Below, one piece after another: positions 17,202 through 25,816 of a stretch of 47,877 bases of DNA. This stretch comes from Candidatus Moranbacteria bacterium GW2011_GWF2_35_54 (GTDB taxonomy: Bacteria; Patescibacteriota; Minisyncoccia; Moranbacterales; UBA9337). A program made the translations under genes and the position numbers. The stretch lies in the NCBI GenBank assembly GCA_000990945.1, contig LBQR01000025.1, positions 1-47,877 on the forward strand. Direction: 5' to 3'. The stretch's first letter is position 1, and each line of letters starts with the position of its first letter. The notes beneath the pieces were generated by a model that made no database searches, was not told where the DNA came from, and saw nothing but the letters and a program-made list of their open reading frames with translations.

Positions 17202-17265
17202 CTTCACACAAACAAAATTGTCTGCGTGAAGCGTTTATTTTGAATTGCCCATGTGAAACGATAAT
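17202..17265 (-). promoter_or_regulatory. Conserved structured 5' leader, copy C
   Basis: Block 17219-17265 plus 12-bp hairpin CTTCACGCAGAC/GTTTGTGTGAAG (17202-17231). Confidence 0.5.
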
Positions 17266-17578
17266 TTTTTGTTGAAATTACTCATCTCGCATAAAGGCAA
17301 TCCAAAATATTTGGAGAAACTATGAAATTTTTATCAAAGAACTTTGATATCCCTCCGCCTTGCTCAAGATAACATCTCTCTGTTGTCTTAATATCCTGAA
17401 TCAAGTTCAGGATGACAAGAAATTTTATCAAAGAGATTTTTGCATCCGAATAGGTGTTCAGTCTATTAGGTGCAACTGATCTCTTTCCGAAAAAAGGATT
17501 TAAACCCCCTCTCAGTCTCCCCCTTGATTACAAGAGGGAGAGGTTATTTTAATCAGGTGATTGTGATAGTAAAACATC

Positions 17579-17746
17579 TTACTCAATACTTAGAAGTGAT
17601 TCCGAAAGGATATATCGTTCATATATCGACTTTCCCTGTCGCATCCAATCTGATTGAACGATTTTAGACATATAATTCAGATTCCTATCTTCTAGCTTTA
17701 CTCTCTCCATGCGACCAATGCTATAGTTCGCAAAAGTAAACTCCAT
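17579..17746 (-). CDS. Possible small ORF (55 aa)
   Basis: Hand-translated as MEFTFANYSIGRMERVKLEDRNLNYMSKIVQSDWMRQGKSIYERYILSESLLSIE. Below the ORF-track size cutoff. No clear SD. A perfect 14-bp palindrome lies about 50 nt upstream. Confidence 0.2.
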   Translation of the reverse strand: MEFTFANYSIGRMERVKLEDRNLNYMSKIVQSDWMRQGKSIYERYILSESLLSIE

Positions 17747-17794
17747 GAATCTGTTTTACAAAGTCTTAGTTTTAAATGTTCTAGCTAAGATTTT

Positions 17795-17808
17795 ATTGTC
17801 TAGACAAT
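17795..17808. promoter_or_regulatory. Perfect 14-bp palindrome ATTGTCTAGACAAT (candidate operator)
   Basis: Read directly from the sequence. Lies in the divergent region between the small minus-strand ORF and the TrmB-like gene. Confidence 0.3.
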
Positions 17809-17947
17809 ATTTATCTTAACAACATAGTATAGCATGTCTTGATAGATTTGTCAATAGTTTAGTAACAACTTAAGCTTAATCTAGTATATTTTTATATATT
17901 TTAAGCATTTTTTCCTTATTTTATAACTTATTTTTGTCATATTTTTA

Positions 17948-17976
17948 TTGACAAATTGATAATATTTTGCTATAAT
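17948..17976 (+). promoter_or_regulatory. Consensus sigma70-type promoter of the TrmB-like gene
   Basis: TTGACA (17948-17953), a 17-nt spacer, then TATAAT (17971-17976), about 120 nt upstream of the ATG at 18099. Confidence 0.65.
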
Positions 17977-18000
17977 AGATTTAAATAAAACATAAATTAT

Positions 18001-18078
18001 GCCTTTGCCCCTCCACCTCTTTGACCGCGTGTCGCTTTAGCTTTAGCGGTGGCGCAAGGGGAGGTTGGAAGGGGGGTG
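18001..18078. repeat. GC-rich hairpin repeat inside the TrmB-like 5' UTR
   Basis: CCCCTCCACCTC...GACCGCGTGTCGCTTTAG/CTTTAGCGGTGGCGC...GGGGAGGTTGGAAGGGG is an imperfect long palindrome. Related to the CCCTC/GAGGG hairpin family at 2806, 17505, 23098 and 43303. Confidence 0.6.
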
Positions 18079-18098
18079 AATAAAAACACAATTTACAT

Positions 18099-18863
18099 AT
18101 GGAAAATATTATACTAAAACAACTCGGCTTAAATAAAAATCAGATACTAATTTATGAATATCTGCTTGCAAATGGCGCGCAAAAAGCTAGTATTATAGCC
18201 AAAAACACCCCCCTGCAAAGAGGGGTGGTTTATAAAACCCTGGACGATCTAATTGAAATGGGGATTATAGAAAAAAATGAAGAAGAAAACGCTATTGCTC
18301 ATTTTACCCCTCTTCATCCCAGTACGCTCAAAAGCCTAGCCGAAAGTAAAATTCGAACGGCTCAAAACACTTTTAATCATTTGGAAAGCGAAATTGGCTC
18401 TTTGGTATCAATGTATAATTTAGCTAACAACAAGCCTGGCATTGAATTTTATGAAGGGATTGATGGAATTAAAAAAGTTTTGGAAGACACGCTAAAAAGC
18501 AAGACGGAAATTTGCTTATTCCTTAATAGAGATGCTTTGCAAAAAGAAGAGATGTTTCATGAAATAAATGAAAAGTATAAAGTTAGAAGAGAAAGGGCCG
18601 GAGTCAAGAAAAAAATCATTCGTGCTGGAGCTAAATCACTAGGTGACGAAGAGCAAAAAAAGGAATACCAAGAGATTACCGAGATCCGTTATTTTGAAAA
18701 AAATATCTCACCTTTCAAGTCGTCCATTCAGATTTATGACAATAAGATATCCTATCAAATTATTGAAAATGGCCAGGTCGTTTCTATTATTATAGAAGAT
18801 CGCAATATTTATGAAATGAACAAGGCTTGGTTTGAGTATATGTGGGAAAATAGTGAGAGATAG
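18099..18863 (+). CDS. TrmB-family transcriptional regulator
   Basis: N-terminal winged-helix LGLNKNQILIYEYLLANGAQKASIIAKNTPLQRGVVYKTLDDLIEMGII plus a C-terminal TrmB-like domain. 254 aa. Confidence 0.7.
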   Translation: MENIILKQLGLNKNQILIYEYLLANGAQKASIIAKNTPLQRGVVYKTLDDLIEMGIIEKNEEENAIAHFTPLHPSTLKSLAESKIRTAQNTFNHLESEIGSLVSMYNLANNKPGIEFYEGIDGIKKVLEDTLKSKTEICLFLNRDALQKEEMFHEINEKYKVRRERAGVKKKIIRAGAKSLGDEEQKKEYQEITEIRYFEKNISPFKSSIQIYDNKISYQIIENGQVVSIIIEDRNIYEMNKAWFEYMWENSER

Positions 18864-18864
18864 T

Positions 18865-21129
18865 TCAAGCTGCTTTTTGGAGTTGATTTTTAGCTGGCAA
18901 TAACATATCTAGATACTCTACGCCATCATTTTCTTTGTGTGTTCCAATAATTAAAAATCCTTTCTTTTGATAATTACTGTTAGCCGGATTATCCTTTCTG
19001 GTTTTGATCTTAATATCATACTCTCTAGAAACTTTCTCTAAGGTAGATCCAATGAAATAATCACCTACAGACAAGCCTTGTACATCTTTACTAACATTCA
19101 AAGATCCTCCATAAACTTCTCGCTTCGATATCGGAGCAAAGCGACAAAAGGCGATTATTTCGTTTTTATACTTCATCACATAAACAGTCTGGCCTTCCAA
19201 GTCATCAATTTCTGCCTCAAAGTCCTTTAATACTCTTTCATAGGCCACTGGGTTTTCGGCGAAGATGTCTTTATAATTATCGCTAAAAATTTTAGTTAGT
19301 TTATCTTTTTCTTCTTGAGTCAGGTTGTTTCTCTTTGTTATGGTTTTTTCTTCTATTTTAAGGTCCTTGATAATCTCAAAAACAATCTCCATGCCATCAT
19401 CTTTAGCTGATTTCAAAGTGGCGGTAAAAATCTCCACTTCGCCTCTGATACTATCTAATTTTGTATAAATTTTTTCTAAATCCAGATCTTCATCCGCGCA
19501 AAGACTTAACAAGACTTTTCCTCGTCGCAAAAGATGCTCAGCAATTTTTTGCGCTTTGTCTTTGTCATTTATATTGAATTGCTCTGCTAAATATTCTCCT
19601 GATTTTTGAGCATAATCGACTAATTCGGCGTATTTAGTGAAAATAGCGTCAGCTGTAGATTGATCAAATTTTTCTCCGATTTTAAGAATTTTTTCGCCCA
19701 TCTCTTGTCCATATTCAAGGGAAAGAAAAGCCCTAAGTCCGTTAAGCTTATAATTTTTAGCAAATTGCATGAATCGTTGGTCTTTTTCCATCACGCCTGA
19801 ATCATATTCCATTTCTGCGATCTGTAGTTGTTCTCTCCAGCTTAAATTGTGGATGCCTACGCCTGCTTCGGCAGACAGTTTTTTAGTTACTTGATGGACA
19901 TAGTCGTAGCGGGCCAAACCGGAAAGCCTTTCGGCATATTTTTGAGGACCTTCTCCTTTTTTTTGAGGGATGATTGCGCTGGCAGAATATTTCTCTAAGC
20001 GCTGAGAAATTTCTTTTTTTCCAATTGAGGTGCGCGCGGAAAGATCGGCATTGGAGAATTGTTTATCCTCATTTTTACTCGTAACAACTTTCTTTTTCGC
20101 TTCTTTTTCTTCATTGCTCAAGAGGTCGAAAGTATAGACAAGCTCTTCCCGGCCGTTATGCATTTTGACGATTCCAGCCGATTTATTATCCAGAATGACG
20201 ACTTTGATATTTTGGATAGGGATCTTTTCTTCGCCGTCTATGAAATAGTTCCGGCCGATATAGTATCGGACAGAATCTATCATGACAGAAAATGGCTTTT
20301 CAGGATTGGAAGAAACGAATTCCTTTCGGCTTATTTCTCCCCCAATGTCGTTAGTAATAGTTTCAAAATCGGTGAGTTTTATGAGTCCGCTTTCTAGCAA
20401 ATTAGGGCAATGCATTATCAGTGTCCTTGTTATGCTGTTATTGTCCTTGGTGCTTAAGTATCCCAATTCTCTTAATTTTGTGGCGGTAATTTTTTTAAAA
20501 ACATTCATTGTTTTATCAAAAATCATAAGCTCTCCATTTTCATTCCGATGTCCTCGCAACTTTCTGAATATTTCAGTGGCTAAGAAAAGTTCTTTTCCTC
20601 CAATAATATCTCCATTCTTAGCTTCTGTGTCAATCTTTTCCCAGGGGACTTGAGAATACAATTCCCAAGGATCAAGAGCATAATTCTTCTCTTTTATTTT
20701 GTTTTCATCAAAAGCATCTTTTGCGCTTGCAGGGATATTGAAAAGTGGAATTTCATGAGCCCCTCTTCCTTCTTGCAAGGCTTTTTCGTATTCATCCTTG
20801 GGAATAATTTCCATGCCTTGCAATAATTCGAAAGCTACTCCAGGAGAAAATTTAGCATGATCCAATCCTATTCTTTTATTTACATTTCTTTTCCATAAAG
20901 CTGGATTTTTTAGGGCTTCAATATCTGCGACAGTGTGTCCATTTATTGTTTCAAAAACACTTTCGCTTTCTAAAATCCGAAGAACCTTCTCTTGAGGAGA
21001 AAGGATTTTTTTAGTTTCTTTAGAGGTTTCGGTTTTATTTGCAGTTTCCTGGATAGAGGCTTTATGAGGAGAGGTATTAATTTCAAAAGCAGAATCATTT
21101 CCAAATTCTTTCATAAAAAATAATCTCAA
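18865..21129 (-). CDS. Large hypothetical protein (about 750 aa) with a C-terminal GNAT-like acetyltransferase domain
   Basis: Uninterrupted 754-aa ORF. The last 110 aa or so (YVMKYKNEIIAFCRF...VQGLSVGDYFIGSTLEKV...NYQKKGFLIIG) look like a GNAT fold with a Q-x-x-G-x-G/A-like motif. No family recognised for the N-terminal 600 aa. The start may be the ATG at 21114. Confidence 0.65.
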   Translation of the reverse strand: MRLFFMKEFGNDSAFEINTSPHKASIQETANKTETSKETKKILSPQEKVLRILESESVFETINGHTVADIEALKNPALWKRNVNKRIGLDHAKFSPGVAFELLQGMEIIPKDEYEKALQEGRGAHEIPLFNIPASAKDAFDENKIKEKNYALDPWELYSQVPWEKIDTEAKNGDIIGGKELFLATEIFRKLRGHRNENGELMIFDKTMNVFKKITATKLRELGYLSTKDNNSITRTLIMHCPNLLESGLIKLTDFETITNDIGGEISRKEFVSSNPEKPFSVMIDSVRYYIGRNYFIDGEEKIPIQNIKVVILDNKSAGIVKMHNGREELVYTFDLLSNEEKEAKKKVVTSKNEDKQFSNADLSARTSIGKKEISQRLEKYSASAIIPQKKGEGPQKYAERLSGLARYDYVHQVTKKLSAEAGVGIHNLSWREQLQIAEMEYDSGVMEKDQRFMQFAKNYKLNGLRAFLSLEYGQEMGEKILKIGEKFDQSTADAIFTKYAELVDYAQKSGEYLAEQFNINDKDKAQKIAEHLLRRGKVLLSLCADEDLDLEKIYTKLDSIRGEVEIFTATLKSAKDDGMEIVFEIIKDLKIEEKTITKRNNLTQEEKDKLTKIFSDNYKDIFAENPVAYERVLKDFEAEIDDLEGQTVYVMKYKNEIIAFCRFAPISKREVYGGSLNVSKDVQGLSVGDYFIGSTLEKVSREYDIKIKTRKDNPANSNYQKKGFLIIGTHKENDGVEYLDMLLPAKNQLQKAA

Positions 21130-21321
21130 AATTATGTTTTAATTATACATCACCTCGGTCCAAACCCCAAAATTTAATTCCCTTTATTTTTTCCTGTTTT
21201 TTCGCTATACTAAGAATCATAAAGCATTTTAGCACGTTAGCATATTAACACTTTAACAATAAGGCATTTGAGGTCATCCGTAGCTAATCATTTAAAAAAT
21301 TTACTTCAAACTCTCGGTACA

Positions 21322-21435
21322 TGTCATCTCGAGTGGAGCGATAGCAGAACCGAGAGATCTAAGTCAATAAATTTAATTGAGATTTCTCCACTTCTAAATT
21401 TTCGAGTACAAAAATTTATCCGGTCGAAATGACAC
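21322..21435. repeat. Nested palindromic element (TGTCAT.TCGA outer stem family)
   Basis: Outer stem TGTCATCTCGA/TCGAAATGACA. Inner GTGGAG...CTCCAC hairpin and an AAATTTTC-GAGTAC-AAAAATTT hairpin. Confidence 0.65.
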
Positions 21436-21506
21436 TCTGTATTGTTCTATTCTCAAAATCATAAATTATCACATTTCTAAATTCCCCTAAAATTAAATTA
21501 CACTTT

Positions 21507-23801
21507 ATGACTTTATTTAGAAAAACTGAATATAAAACACTTTCAATAATCTCAATTATTTTAGCTTTAAATTCTTATTTTTTCATCGAACGCAAATCCA
21601 CTAACGCTTTTCCTCTAATTTTTGATAATATTAAAATTCATTATTTAATTTATATCATTTGTATCAGCGGGATTATTTGGATTATTTGGAAGTTTTTAAA
21701 AAATGAAAGTATAGCACAATTAATCAAAAAATTTCTTCTGATATCTATTCCCACTGAAATTGTTTTTATTTGGGGACTTTATATAATTCACGATGAAACC
21801 AAAGCGCATTTTTTGTTTTATTTTATTACCGGGCTTTATTTGGTGATTTGGGCTTTATTTTTCATTGAAACCAAAAACAATTTCGCCCTTAGAGAAAAAA
21901 CTAAACCCCTAAAGTGGCTTAGAAATCAAGGCGCATCAATTCTTTTGCTATTATTTTTATCTCTTTCTATATTTGGTTATTTTGGCACCAAAGATATCGC
22001 TAATTATGCTGGGGTAGATGAACCTCTCTGGACACTCGACAGAATTCCCTATTTTTGGAAAAATGTGGGCGAAATGGACTGGAAAAACACCTCCATTAGT
22101 GATAAGCCCGGAATTACCGTGGTTATTCTTTCTGGATTAGGATTGCTAGACCATCCTGTGAGTTATCATTACGATGACAAAAAAGAACTTGGCAGTTTTG
22201 TCGCCCAAAAAGATATTTTTACCATAAACAAAGATTTCCGCTTGCCATTAGTTTTGTTTTGCCTACTTTCCTTAATACTATTTTATATTTTTATCCAAGA
22301 ATTGCTGGGCAAAAAAGTGGCTCTCCTATCCACAATTCTTATCAGCACCTCGCCAATGTTAATCGGTATGAGCCGAATTATTAACCCCGATGCAATTCTT
22401 TGGGTTTTTGCCCCTCTGACAATTTTAGCCTACTTAATTTTCCTTAAAAAAGAAACTCGTTTTTGGCTCTATACATCTGGGATTTTATTAGGACTCTCTA
22501 TTTTAACTAAATACGTCGCCAACATCCTCTATATTTTCTTTTTCGGCTTAATCTTTTTGGAATACTTATTTAAAGACCATCAAGAAAATCTTTCTCAATA
22601 TTTAAAAAAATCTTTTATTCAATTTTTCTCCGTTATTTTAATTTCGCTGGTTACTTTTTTCCTCTTGTTTCCGGAAACTTGGATAAATCTAGAAAAATTG
22701 TTTACAGGAACTATCTTAAGTCAAGCTTTTATCACGATTGCTCCGATTTTTATTGCTTTAGCCCTATTTTTAACATTTGATACTTTTGTGTTAAAAAATA
22801 AAATTACTGGACCTATTTTAAATTTTTTCTTTAAGAATAAGCGCTACTTGATACTTATTTTATCTGGATTGTTTTTATTGTTTATCATTTTTACTTTTCT
22901 AAATACTTATTTAAAAATGCAATGGGTTGATTTTGAAGCAATTCTAAGCTCTCCTAAAACTTCTTATCGCCTTAATTCATTTCTGGCTATTTTTAGTGCC
23001 AATTTTTATCCTCTCATTTTTGCCTCTCTGCCAATTGTTATTTTTGGATTATTTGCTACCTTATTTGCTATTTTTAATAATGTAAGACTTACACGTTTCA
23101 CCCTCTCCCCCTCTCTGAGGGGGAGAACTAAAGAGGGGGTGAGGGAAAAATATCAACCAAAAGCCATCAAAATAATTTTTTATTTCATTAGCTTTATATT
23201 ATTATATTATTTTGCAACCACCTTTAATGAAGTGGCTTCTACCATTCGTTACCAAGTAATTCTTTATCCGCTCCTTTTGATAATTTCTGCCCTTGGAATT
23301 TACAACCTTATTGGAATTATAAAATACAAATACAGTTTTGAAATAATTTCACTTACTTTATTGATCATAGGAAGCATTACTCTTTTTAATATTAAATCTC
23401 ATTATCTCGGCTACGCCTCTTTTTTATTACCCAAAGATTACATTGTTGATGTTAAAGATATGGGCGACGGCTCCTATGAAGCTGCTCAATATTTAAATTC
23501 TTTACCTGAAGCCAAAAATTTATTTGTTTGGACTGATAAAAACGGGGTTTGCTCTTTTTTTGTTGGTAAGTGCGATTCTTTTTATGATTCGTTATCTTTT
23601 AAAAATAGTCCTGCTATAGATTATTTCGTCATATCTTCCGGCAGAAAAAGTAAAATTTTAAATGTAACCCAAAATAAAAGTTCTCTTCCGTATGATTTTG
23701 AAAAAATATATAATTCCAAAGAAACTGAATTTTCTCTTTTCATTGGTAATCGGCAAGGCAACTATGTTAAAATATTAGAAGCGGAAGATTTTAAGAAATA
23801 A
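21507..23801 (+). CDS. Membrane glycosyltransferase, GT-C fold (ArnT/PMT_2-like), paralog 1
   Basis: 764 aa and polytopic. Loop-1 motif GVDEPLWTLDRIPYFW...ISDKPGITVVILSG is shared with paralog 2. Carries an in-frame hairpin insertion LTRFTLSPSLRGRTKEGVRE (23098-23148). Confidence 0.7.
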   Translation: MTLFRKTEYKTLSIISIILALNSYFFIERKSTNAFPLIFDNIKIHYLIYIICISGIIWIIWKFLKNESIAQLIKKFLLISIPTEIVFIWGLYIIHDETKAHFLFYFITGLYLVIWALFFIETKNNFALREKTKPLKWLRNQGASILLLLFLSLSIFGYFGTKDIANYAGVDEPLWTLDRIPYFWKNVGEMDWKNTSISDKPGITVVILSGLGLLDHPVSYHYDDKKELGSFVAQKDIFTINKDFRLPLVLFCLLSLILFYIFIQELLGKKVALLSTILISTSPMLIGMSRIINPDAILWVFAPLTILAYLIFLKKETRFWLYTSGILLGLSILTKYVANILYIFFFGLIFLEYLFKDHQENLSQYLKKSFIQFFSVILISLVTFFLLFPETWINLEKLFTGTILSQAFITIAPIFIALALFLTFDTFVLKNKITGPILNFFFKNKRYLILILSGLFLLFIIFTFLNTYLKMQWVDFEAILSSPKTSYRLNSFLAIFSANFYPLIFASLPIVIFGLFATLFAIFNNVRLTRFTLSPSLRGRTKEGVREKYQPKAIKIIFYFISFILLYYFATTFNEVASTIRYQVILYPLLLIISALGIYNLIGIIKYKYSFEIISLTLLIIGSITLFNIKSHYLGYASFLLPKDYIVDVKDMGDGSYEAAQYLNSLPEAKNLFVWTDKNGVCSFFVGKCDSFYDSLSFKNSPAIDYFVISSGRKSKILNVTQNKSSLPYDFEKIYNSKETEFSLFIGNRQGNYVKILEAEDFKK
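23098..23148. repeat. CCCTC/GAGGG hairpin repeat inside GT-C paralog 1
   Basis: TCTCCCCCT-CTCTG-AGGGGGAGA stem (23104-23126) with outer CACCCTC...GGGGGTGAGGG. The paralog at 23875..25764 lacks this segment. Confidence 0.8.
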
Positions 23802-23874
23802 TATATCCTATCCCCACTCGAGGAAATCCCTTAGGCTCTAAGAGCCCTATAGGGCTCTTAGAGCCTAAAAACAT

Positions 23875-25764
23875 ATGCTGAAAAAACAAGAACGAATTGT
23901 GACTCTTTTAATTTTATTTATTTCCGTAATATCTTTTTTTTCTTTTGGTTTTTATCATTTGGGGAAATTTGAAACCACTGACGAACACCTTTGGAAATAT
24001 GACCGCATCCCGCAATATTGGAAAGCCCTCAAGGAAAAAAATTGGGAAGAAACTTACATCAACGATAAACCAGGGGTGACTGTCGCACTTATCTCTGGCG
24101 CAGGCCTGTTAGTCGAGCCCGATCCAAAAGCAAATCAATATCTGCCAGCTAAAAATGCAACCGAGGGAAAATTATTTGAACATTATAATTATCAACAATC
24201 AGAAATAACCAATTTCAGATTCAGATTGCCAATTTTAATATTTTCCAGTCTCTCTTTATTGGCTTTTTTCTACCTTATCCTTAAAGCATTTGATTCCCAT
24301 CGCGTTGCTCTTCTGTCTACAATCTTAATCGCTACTAATCCAATTCTTTTGGGTATTTCCCAGATCATAAACCCCGACAGCTTTTTTTGGATTTTTGGCG
24401 GACTTTCTGTGGCAGCTTATTTGGCCTATCTCAATACTCAAAAAAGAAAATTTTTAATACTCTGCGGATTAATTACCGGCTTTGCGCTTCTCTCTAAATA
24501 TACCGCCTTTATGCTTTTTTTCTTTTTTATCTTGAGTGCTCTGGGAAAAATAATTTTTCAAAAAGAAGATTTAGCCTTAAAAACAAATTGGCAAACACTG
24601 GCTAGATATTTTTTGGGTATAGGTTTTATTTTTGTTATTTCAAATATTATTTTTTCCATTTTTTTACCCGCTACTTTCGTAAAGCCCGAGTATCTATTCA
24701 AGGGAATATCCCAATTTCTAAATTTAAAAATTATTTTGGTTGGGATAGGTTTATTTTTAGGATTTTTTGCTTTAATCACTTGGAAAAAAAATATAATTGG
24801 ACAAATAACCCAGCAACTCTCTAAACAAAAAAAATATCTGGTTCTTCTTCCTCTTGCCTTACTTTCTGTCTTAATCCTGATTTCTCTGCTTAATGTTTGG
24901 ACGGGTCAAATAATTTCGCCAGTAAACGAATTGCGCGATTTAGCTTATATAAATGAGCCCAAGGAGTTTAATTTTAAACCTCTAATGGACAAAAAAAACG
25001 GCTCTATCCTTAATAATCCTCAATTATATTTAATGGAAGCCTATCCTTTTATTTTTTCCATCTCTCCGTTTTTAATAGTTTTAATATTTTTTTCTACTAT
25101 CCTAGTTTTGAAGGGAAAAATTTCTCAGAAAAGTTACACGGTTTTATTTTCACTTTCAATCTTTATTTTGTTTTATTTTTTCTCCACCCTTTTGGCTAAA
25201 ATAGTAACCAATGCTAGATATTCTATTATTCTTTATCCACTAATCGCTATTATGGGTGGGATTATCATTCGTGAATCCCTTAATCTTTTTAAGTTGAAAA
25301 CTTTTAAGCATTTTATTATCACCGTTGCAGTTATTTTTATTTTGAGTATTATATCCCTTTGGCAAAATAAACCTTTTTATTTCAGTTATACCAGTTTTCT
25401 CTTACCACAAGAATATACTATCCATGATTCTTGGGGTCATGGGGCTTATGAAACCGCTCAATACCTAAACTTTCTTCCTCAAGCAAATGATTTAGTTATT
25501 TGGTCCAATAGCGACACGGTTTGCAGATTTTTTAAGGGCAATTGTTTAAAAAATCGAAAAATAGATCTGTCAGTTATCCAGCCTGATTATTTTGTTATAT
25601 CCAAAAGAGGAGCGTTAAAAGATAAGAACCATTTCGTCTTAGAAAATAACCCCAACCCGCAAAAAGACGCTCAATCTTATTTCGAAAATCTAGAAACTAA
25701 TTATGTCTGGCAGATAATTATCAACAATCGCTCCGATAATTATATAAAAGTTATAAAATTTTAG
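23875..25764 (+). CDS. Membrane glycosyltransferase, GT-C fold (ArnT/PMT_2-like), paralog 2
   Basis: 629 aa. TDEHLWKYDRIPQYW...INDKPGVTVALISG and later blocks (LLSTILIATNPILLGISQIINPD) align with paralog 1. Confidence 0.7.
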   Translation: MLKKQERIVTLLILFISVISFFSFGFYHLGKFETTDEHLWKYDRIPQYWKALKEKNWEETYINDKPGVTVALISGAGLLVEPDPKANQYLPAKNATEGKLFEHYNYQQSEITNFRFRLPILIFSSLSLLAFFYLILKAFDSHRVALLSTILIATNPILLGISQIINPDSFFWIFGGLSVAAYLAYLNTQKRKFLILCGLITGFALLSKYTAFMLFFFFILSALGKIIFQKEDLALKTNWQTLARYFLGIGFIFVISNIIFSIFLPATFVKPEYLFKGISQFLNLKIILVGIGLFLGFFALITWKKNIIGQITQQLSKQKKYLVLLPLALLSVLILISLLNVWTGQIISPVNELRDLAYINEPKEFNFKPLMDKKNGSILNNPQLYLMEAYPFIFSISPFLIVLIFFSTILVLKGKISQKSYTVLFSLSIFILFYFFSTLLAKIVTNARYSIILYPLIAIMGGIIIRESLNLFKLKTFKHFIITVAVIFILSIISLWQNKPFYFSYTSFLLPQEYTIHDSWGHGAYETAQYLNFLPQANDLVIWSNSDTVCRFFKGNCLKNRKIDLSVIQPDYFVISKRGALKDKNHFVLENNPNPQKDAQSYFENLETNYVWQIIINNRSDNYIKVIKF

Positions 25765-25816
25765 GAACTACTCACTTAAGTGTAATCTCTCACTTACCCC
25801 TAGGGCAAAAGTGGGT

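Noticed and set aside
15345-17445. Orphan array considered as an integron cassette array with attC sites
   Set aside because: There is no integrase in the window, and I could not find a GTTRRRY/RYYYAAC core at the hairpin borders. Each unit has its own SD and promoter-like block, unlike promoterless integron cassettes.
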